Source: Spirochaetaceae bacterium
Lineage (GTDB): Bacteria > Spirochaetota > Spirochaetia > DSM-2461
Length of the DNA: 64,000 nt
Assembly (NCBI GenBank): GCA_965224705.1
Contig: OZ245056.1
Location: 448,001-512,000, forward strand
Reading direction: 5' to 3'
Positions 59,578 to 64,000 of this stretch are shown piece after piece (position 1 is the stretch's first letter; each line of letters opens with the position of its first letter). The notes beneath the pieces were generated by a model. It was not told the origin of the DNA and did no database searches. It worked only from the letters and a program-made list of their open reading frames with translations. The translations under genes and the position numbers were made by a program.

Positions 59578-61380
59578 CTAGCTAATTAATACAATAGCAT
59601 AAAGATACCAGACCGCATGAGGCAGCCACTGCTCACTCCACCGCCATCGGTGGTCTCCCTGACCGCTTATCGCAGGCGGCAAAAAATCGATGTCCGCCTC
59701 ATCCTCAAATCCCGATGTTATTCCGTTGCATATCCCCCCATAGGCATTGGGAAAATCCTCCTCATATTCAGGATTATTCCTGCCGAAACCGTGCAGCATA
59801 CACACATCGAATGGATTTAATCCAAGGATCCAGTCAATTGAGTCTGCCGCGAGTTTGTTTAACTTATTCCGCAACTCCTGGCCGGTGGAAGAAAGGGCGG
59901 CAGCCATCTTCGCCGCGGCCGATATTGAAGCAATTCGGGCATTCTCACCCTGCCACCAGTAGCCGGTTTCGTTACGATGGGGCATGAAGAATGCGCCTTT
60001 TTTTTCACCCCCCAGGGGGCGCACATATTGACGCGGATAGCCGAAAGGATTTTTCACTTCCCCTGTTATAGCAAGAATGAATTCCAGATGAGTAATCGCG
60101 GTATTGACCGCATCCGAGGCAAAAGCCGGATCTGTCTCATAATCCGCATAGGTGAGGAGGGCAATGATCGGAAGGCCCGCATCGGAGGCGTGAAAAAAGG
60201 GACGATCACCGGAACTGTCAGAGGAAAACCATCCCCGATAATGCTCGTCCCCCCTTAGTTTAAGGGCGAGGGCACGGCTTCTCTCTCTGGCGGCATGAAG
60301 ATAGGTTGACTTCTCCGTGGTCTTCCACAATTCCGATGCAGCAAGGAGGGCGCAGTAATCGTCGATGATGTTTTCTTTCCCATCTTCATTGCATACTTTA
60401 TTGAATTCCTTAAGATACTGAAAGCCTGTTTCCGCGGCTTCCAGGTATTTTGAAAATTCGGCTTCCCCTTCATATTCTGATTCTGAGAAAAGCGGATCAT
60501 CCTTCAGAGAATACAGCCTTGCCAGAGCCGCAATTGCCATTCCTCCCCCTTTTCGAAATCCCGACCTATAGTTTTCATCTTTAATGCCCTCCATACCGCG
60601 AAACGCGCAGATAAAGCGTTTTGACGGATCCTTGGACCAATTGTCGAAAACGCTTGAATAAAACCAGCCCTCCCCGTCCTGCATTCGGCAGAGAAAATCG
60701 GCACCGTAGCGGGCCTCTTCCAGCATCCTCTGTCTCAGGTTTTTCCCGATCACGTTACAACCTGAGGGAGCCGAGTTTCCCGAAATATGGGTATAGCTTT
60801 TTAGAAGACTCCATACAACCAGAGGGCTTTGCTGGGGATTGAAATAGAGGGCATATGAAAGATGTGAAAAATACTTGCTCACATCTCCCGAGGCATCGTA
60901 CCAGCCGCCGTGGACATCCACCCTATCCCCTCTCTCACCGTAGAACGGAATACTCCGGTCAGCGGCATCATAATCACCGCCGCAGCGTTGAGATCGGAGG
61001 TATTTGATTATTCCCGGCAGTGTTTTTTGAATGATCACTCCCCGCCCGATTCTAAAAGGCTCGGATACGCACTCCTTTGTCTTCGGCCTATTGGGATTAT
61101 CCCAGGCGCCATCGGGCCGGTCGGCACATACGGTGAGTCTGTAATGCCCTGGTTTATCAAGAGAGCTGAAATCAATGGTGTAGAATATCCAGTTTTTCCA
61201 GTTATGTACCCGTCCGGAGAATTCGGCAAAGCACTCCATGATTACCCGCGACGGTTCTTCGGCATGAGCTATAGTGACCTTGAGGGGCCCCCTCTCCTCG
61301 ACCTCCCCCGCCGTCAGTTTTACCACCGCTTTCTTGGGGCCATCCTGCTCGTAACCGAGATGATTGATCAATATGTCCAT
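59578..61380 (-). CDS. Cytoplasmic GH9 glycoside hydrolase (exo-beta-glucosaminidase-like)
   Basis: INHLGY, DVHGGWYDASGDVSKY, WWQGENAR, WILGLNPFD, WRWSEQWLPH; SD GGAGGT; no signal peptide. Confidence 0.85.
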   Translation of the reverse strand: MDILINHLGYEQDGPKKAVVKLTAGEVEERGPLKVTIAHAEEPSRVIMECFAEFSGRVHNWKNWIFYTIDFSSLDKPGHYRLTVCADRPDGAWDNPNRPKTKECVSEPFRIGRGVIIQKTLPGIIKYLRSQRCGGDYDAADRSIPFYGERGDRVDVHGGWYDASGDVSKYFSHLSYALYFNPQQSPLVVWSLLKSYTHISGNSAPSGCNVIGKNLRQRMLEEARYGADFLCRMQDGEGWFYSSVFDNWSKDPSKRFICAFRGMEGIKDENYRSGFRKGGGMAIAALARLYSLKDDPLFSESEYEGEAEFSKYLEAAETGFQYLKEFNKVCNEDGKENIIDDYCALLAASELWKTTEKSTYLHAARERSRALALKLRGDEHYRGWFSSDSSGDRPFFHASDAGLPIIALLTYADYETDPAFASDAVNTAITHLEFILAITGEVKNPFGYPRQYVRPLGGEKKGAFFMPHRNETGYWWQGENARIASISAAAKMAAALSSTGQELRNKLNKLAADSIDWILGLNPFDVCMLHGFGRNNPEYEEDFPNAYGGICNGITSGFEDEADIDFLPPAISGQGDHRWRWSEQWLPHAVWYLYAIVLIS

Positions 61381-61407
61381 GGTGACCTCCACTGACGGCG
61401 CCGACAA

Positions 61408-61425
61408 GTTGGTTCATGAACCAAC
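61408..61425. promoter_or_regulatory. Perfect 18-bp palindrome, candidate ROK operator 1
   Basis: gttggttca-tgaaccaac upstream of GH9. Confidence 0.65.
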
Positions 61426-61505
61426 CAACACCGTTTACCTATACACTTTTCCGGACAGAATTCAAGCCAAATCATGAGAATTCAGGAATTTTCGCCAATA
61501 TTTCC

Positions 61506-61566
61506 TTGACATCTGGGGAAAACCATGGGACAATCGGGTTGGTTGGTGCAGGAATCAACCAACCCG
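61506..61566 (+). promoter_or_regulatory. Promoter and candidate operator 2 of the ROK gene
   Basis: TTGACA-N17-GACAAT followed by cgggttggttg-N10-caaccaacccg. Confidence 0.65.
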
Positions 61567-61574
61567 AGAATAAA

Positions 61575-62750
61575 ATGGCTGTATTGAAGCGGACAAAAAT
61601 CATAAACCGATTTCGCATTCTGCGGGAAATCTGGATCAAAAAAGAGATCAGCAGGATCGAGATCGCCCGGACTCTGGATCTGGATAAATCAACCATATCG
61701 CATAATGTGAAAGAGCTGCTTGATATGGGCGTCATCCTTGAATCTTCCGAAGGCGATGCCGGGCCCATGGGGGGCAGGAAGCCGGTCCGCATAACATTGA
61801 ACAAAGACTTCGGCTGTGTCCTGGGAATTGAAATCCGCCCGGAATCCTATACGGCGGTTGCCGTGGATCTGGAAGGGGAGATTATCTACTCCCGTTTTGA
61901 AAAGATGATAATCCGGGGAAGTTCCCTTTCGGAAAGGTTCATGGAGATTGTATCCCTTACAACGGCAGAGTTGAACCGGAAGAATACAATAGTACTGGGC
62001 ATAGGGTTAGGACTTTCCGGAGTCGTGAATGCCGCCAGGGGGGTAATAAAATACTCGATTCCGCTGGAGATTGAAGACAAATTCAATTTCTATGAACTAA
62101 TCGCTTCCAAATTCAATGTTCCGGTCTTTATCGATAACGATGCCAACGCCTGTGTATGGGGGGAACTCGTCTTCCACCGTGTCAAGGACTTACAGAATTT
62201 TGTTTTTCTTCTTCTTGAGTTCAGAGACATTGATCCAAACCTACCCAGTTTTTGTGAAAAGACCGCCCTTGGAATTGGCATTGTGATCAACGGGGCTGTA
62301 CACTACGGACATGATTCCTCGGCGGGGGAATTTCGCAGTATTTTCCGCGATGAGAATTCCAGAGGACAATTCAAACTGACAAGGGACGAACAAAAAATAT
62401 TGGAAGAAGACAGTGAAACGCGAAATAAATTTTTTCGGGAATTGGGTTCTCATGTCGCGCTTTTCGTGAACACCTTCAACTTAAGTCATGTAATTCTCGG
62501 CGGCATCTTTGAGCGGTACGGGAAAGAGGTGACGGAAATATTTGAGGATGAAATCCGGAAAAACTGGGCCTATCCCTATGAGGTGAAGAGACATATCTGG
62601 TTTTCGTCCTTCGGTGACCAGGCGGTAGCCTATGGAGCCGCCGGCATGGTGATCAATAAACTTTTCAGTGATCTGGAGATATTTGAACTGGACAGCGCCT
62701 TGCACGGTGTTTTTCTGACGGAACAGGCGGCTGTGTATGCATCTAGGTGA
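61575..62750 (+). CDS. ROK-family transcriptional regulator
   Basis: HTH ISRIEIARTLDLDKSTIS, GGRKP, DNDANAC, AGEF, AYGAA. Confidence 0.9.
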   Translation: MAVLKRTKIINRFRILREIWIKKEISRIEIARTLDLDKSTISHNVKELLDMGVILESSEGDAGPMGGRKPVRITLNKDFGCVLGIEIRPESYTAVAVDLEGEIIYSRFEKMIIRGSSLSERFMEIVSLTTAELNRKNTIVLGIGLGLSGVVNAARGVIKYSIPLEIEDKFNFYELIASKFNVPVFIDNDANACVWGELVFHRVKDLQNFVFLLLEFRDIDPNLPSFCEKTALGIGIVINGAVHYGHDSSAGEFRSIFRDENSRGQFKLTRDEQKILEEDSETRNKFFRELGSHVALFVNTFNLSHVILGGIFERYGKEVTEIFEDEIRKNWAYPYEVKRHIWFSSFGDQAVAYGAAGMVINKLFSDLEIFELDSALHGVFLTEQAAVYASR

Positions 62751-62799
62751 ATTAAAATTTCTTCGTATGGAGAAATAAAAAAATAACGGAGGATAAGTT

Positions 62800-64000
62800 A
62801 TGAAAGAAATTGGAAAAGTCTTGTTTTCAATGGCCATCATTACGGTAATGACGGCAGCGGCAGTATTTGCCGGAGGAAAACAAGAACCCGGCCCGGCAAA
62901 AGAAGAGAAGATCGTTGTCAATGCTATGGGATACGGCAACAATTCAAACCAGGAAGGATTAACATGGGCGCGAATTGTCGAATCTTTTGAAAAAGAGAAT
63001 CCCAACATCGATATCCAGGATGAACTCCTGTACGATCAGGCCTATCATGATAAGGTCGTTGCCCGACTCGCATCCGGCGATATTCCCGATTTAGCCTACA
63101 TGGGTGTTGACGCCCGATGGGGCGCTCCCTGGGTAGAGGCGGGTCAGCAATGGAATCATCGCCCTTTCATGGATGAAAACTACTACGATTTCAGCATGAT
63201 TCCCGACCATGGGCCGAACGGTGAGATCTATGAAGTGCCTCTCCAGTCAGGCAATATGACAACAATCCTTTTCATGAATCAGGCGCTTGTAGAATCCCTT
63301 GGATTCACCAGGCCCGAAACCTATGAGGATATGGTCGCCATGGTGCCCGCGGCAAAAGCCGCCGGAATTGATGTCCTTACCATCGATGGTGCCGACGGCT
63401 GGGCCTGGGGGTCCTGTCTCATGTCGGCTGTCATTGCCAGGATGTCCGGCGATGCGAATTTTGTATCAAAATCAGTGGCCGGGGAATACAAGTTTACCGA
63501 TCAGGCATGGGTGGATGCCCTTGGATTTATTACCAGAATGGTAGACGATGGTGTTCTTGACCCGAAATACGTTACCGTCGATTACGGTGCCAATCAGTCT
63601 GTTTTCGGGAACAAACAGGCCCTCTTCATGGTGCAGGGACATTGGGCGGCCCAGGGTGTTGATCCTGCGGTGCGGGATACGATGCTTTTGCTTCCCTGGC
63701 CGAAACTCCCCGGAGAAAAAGCGGGAATGGCGGGAAGTATTTCCGCAGCCCCCTCGGTTGGATACGGTGTGACGAAAAAAGGCGCTTCCAATCCCGAAGT
63801 ACGTGACGCGGCGCTTAAATTCATCAACTTCTTTTACAGCCATGCTGAAAGTGAACAGCGATTACGGGATGGTGCAATTATCGCCCCTGTCCTGAAAGAT
63901 TTTCAGGTGCCCAGCGATTTGGAAGATTACTCGAAACAGAAAGTCGTCCTCGCACAGAATAATTTAATGACTGAAGTTATCGATTCTTTCTTAAGCGGAG
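62800..64000 (+). CDS. Sugar ABC substrate-binding protein (runs off the window; absent from the ORF track)
   Basis: SD GGAGG; MKEIGKVLFSMAIITVMTAAAVFAGGKQE..FEKENPNIDI..LASGDIPDL. Confidence 0.85.
   Translation, partial: MKEIGKVLFSMAIITVMTAAAVFAGGKQEPGPAKEEKIVVNAMGYGNNSNQEGLTWARIVESFEKENPNIDIQDELLYDQAYHDKVVARLASGDIPDLAYMGVDARWGAPWVEAGQQWNHRPFMDENYYDFSMIPDHGPNGEIYEVPLQSGNMTTILFMNQALVESLGFTRPETYEDMVAMVPAAKAAGIDVLTIDGADGWAWGSCLMSAVIARMSGDANFVSKSVAGEYKFTDQAWVDALGFITRMVDDGVLDPKYVTVDYGANQSVFGNKQALFMVQGHWAAQGVDPAVRDTMLLLPWPKLPGEKAGMAGSISAAPSVGYGVTKKGASNPEVRDAALKFINFFYSHAESEQRLRDGAIIAPVLKDFQVPSDLEDYSKQKVVLAQNNLMTEVIDSFLSG

Overview
Bacterial chromosomal DNA, probably Spirochaetales (inferred from lipoprotein and ABC binding-protein leader style and from gene content). 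No rRNA, tRNA or CRISPR array was seen. All family calls are from motif recognition; no database search was run. 1-12.7 kb: an operon of TPR lipoprotein, TolC, adaptor, two Ig-like lipoproteins and two RND permeases. 12.7-24.3 kb: housekeeping genes (pgi, pfk, 2-oxoacid:ferredoxin oxidoreductase, OmpA/LPP20 proteins, degenerate GH2). 24.9-35.5 kb: a type IC restriction-modification island with hsdM, deleted rhuM, half-length hsdS, a probable 16-codon prrC scar, several GxxExxY cassettes bracketed by periodic inverted repeats and linked by overlapping start/stop codons, an IS1380-flanked insert carrying an AlbA/Schlafen + ParA pair, and hsdR. 35.5-47.5 kb: thpR, MITEs, rhomboid, rlmE, trk, actP, deoB. 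47.7-59.5 kb: three AAA-ATPase/PD-(D/E)XK paralogues, two of them in a repeat-punctuated array with two orphan C-terminal cassettes, plus nested MITEs and a sugar ABC transporter. 59.6-64 kb: GH9, ROK regulator with candidate operators, and an ABC binding protein that runs off the window. The best candidates for an undescribed system are the GxxExxY repeat cassettes, the AAA-nuclease cassette array and the RND/Ig-lipoprotein operon.
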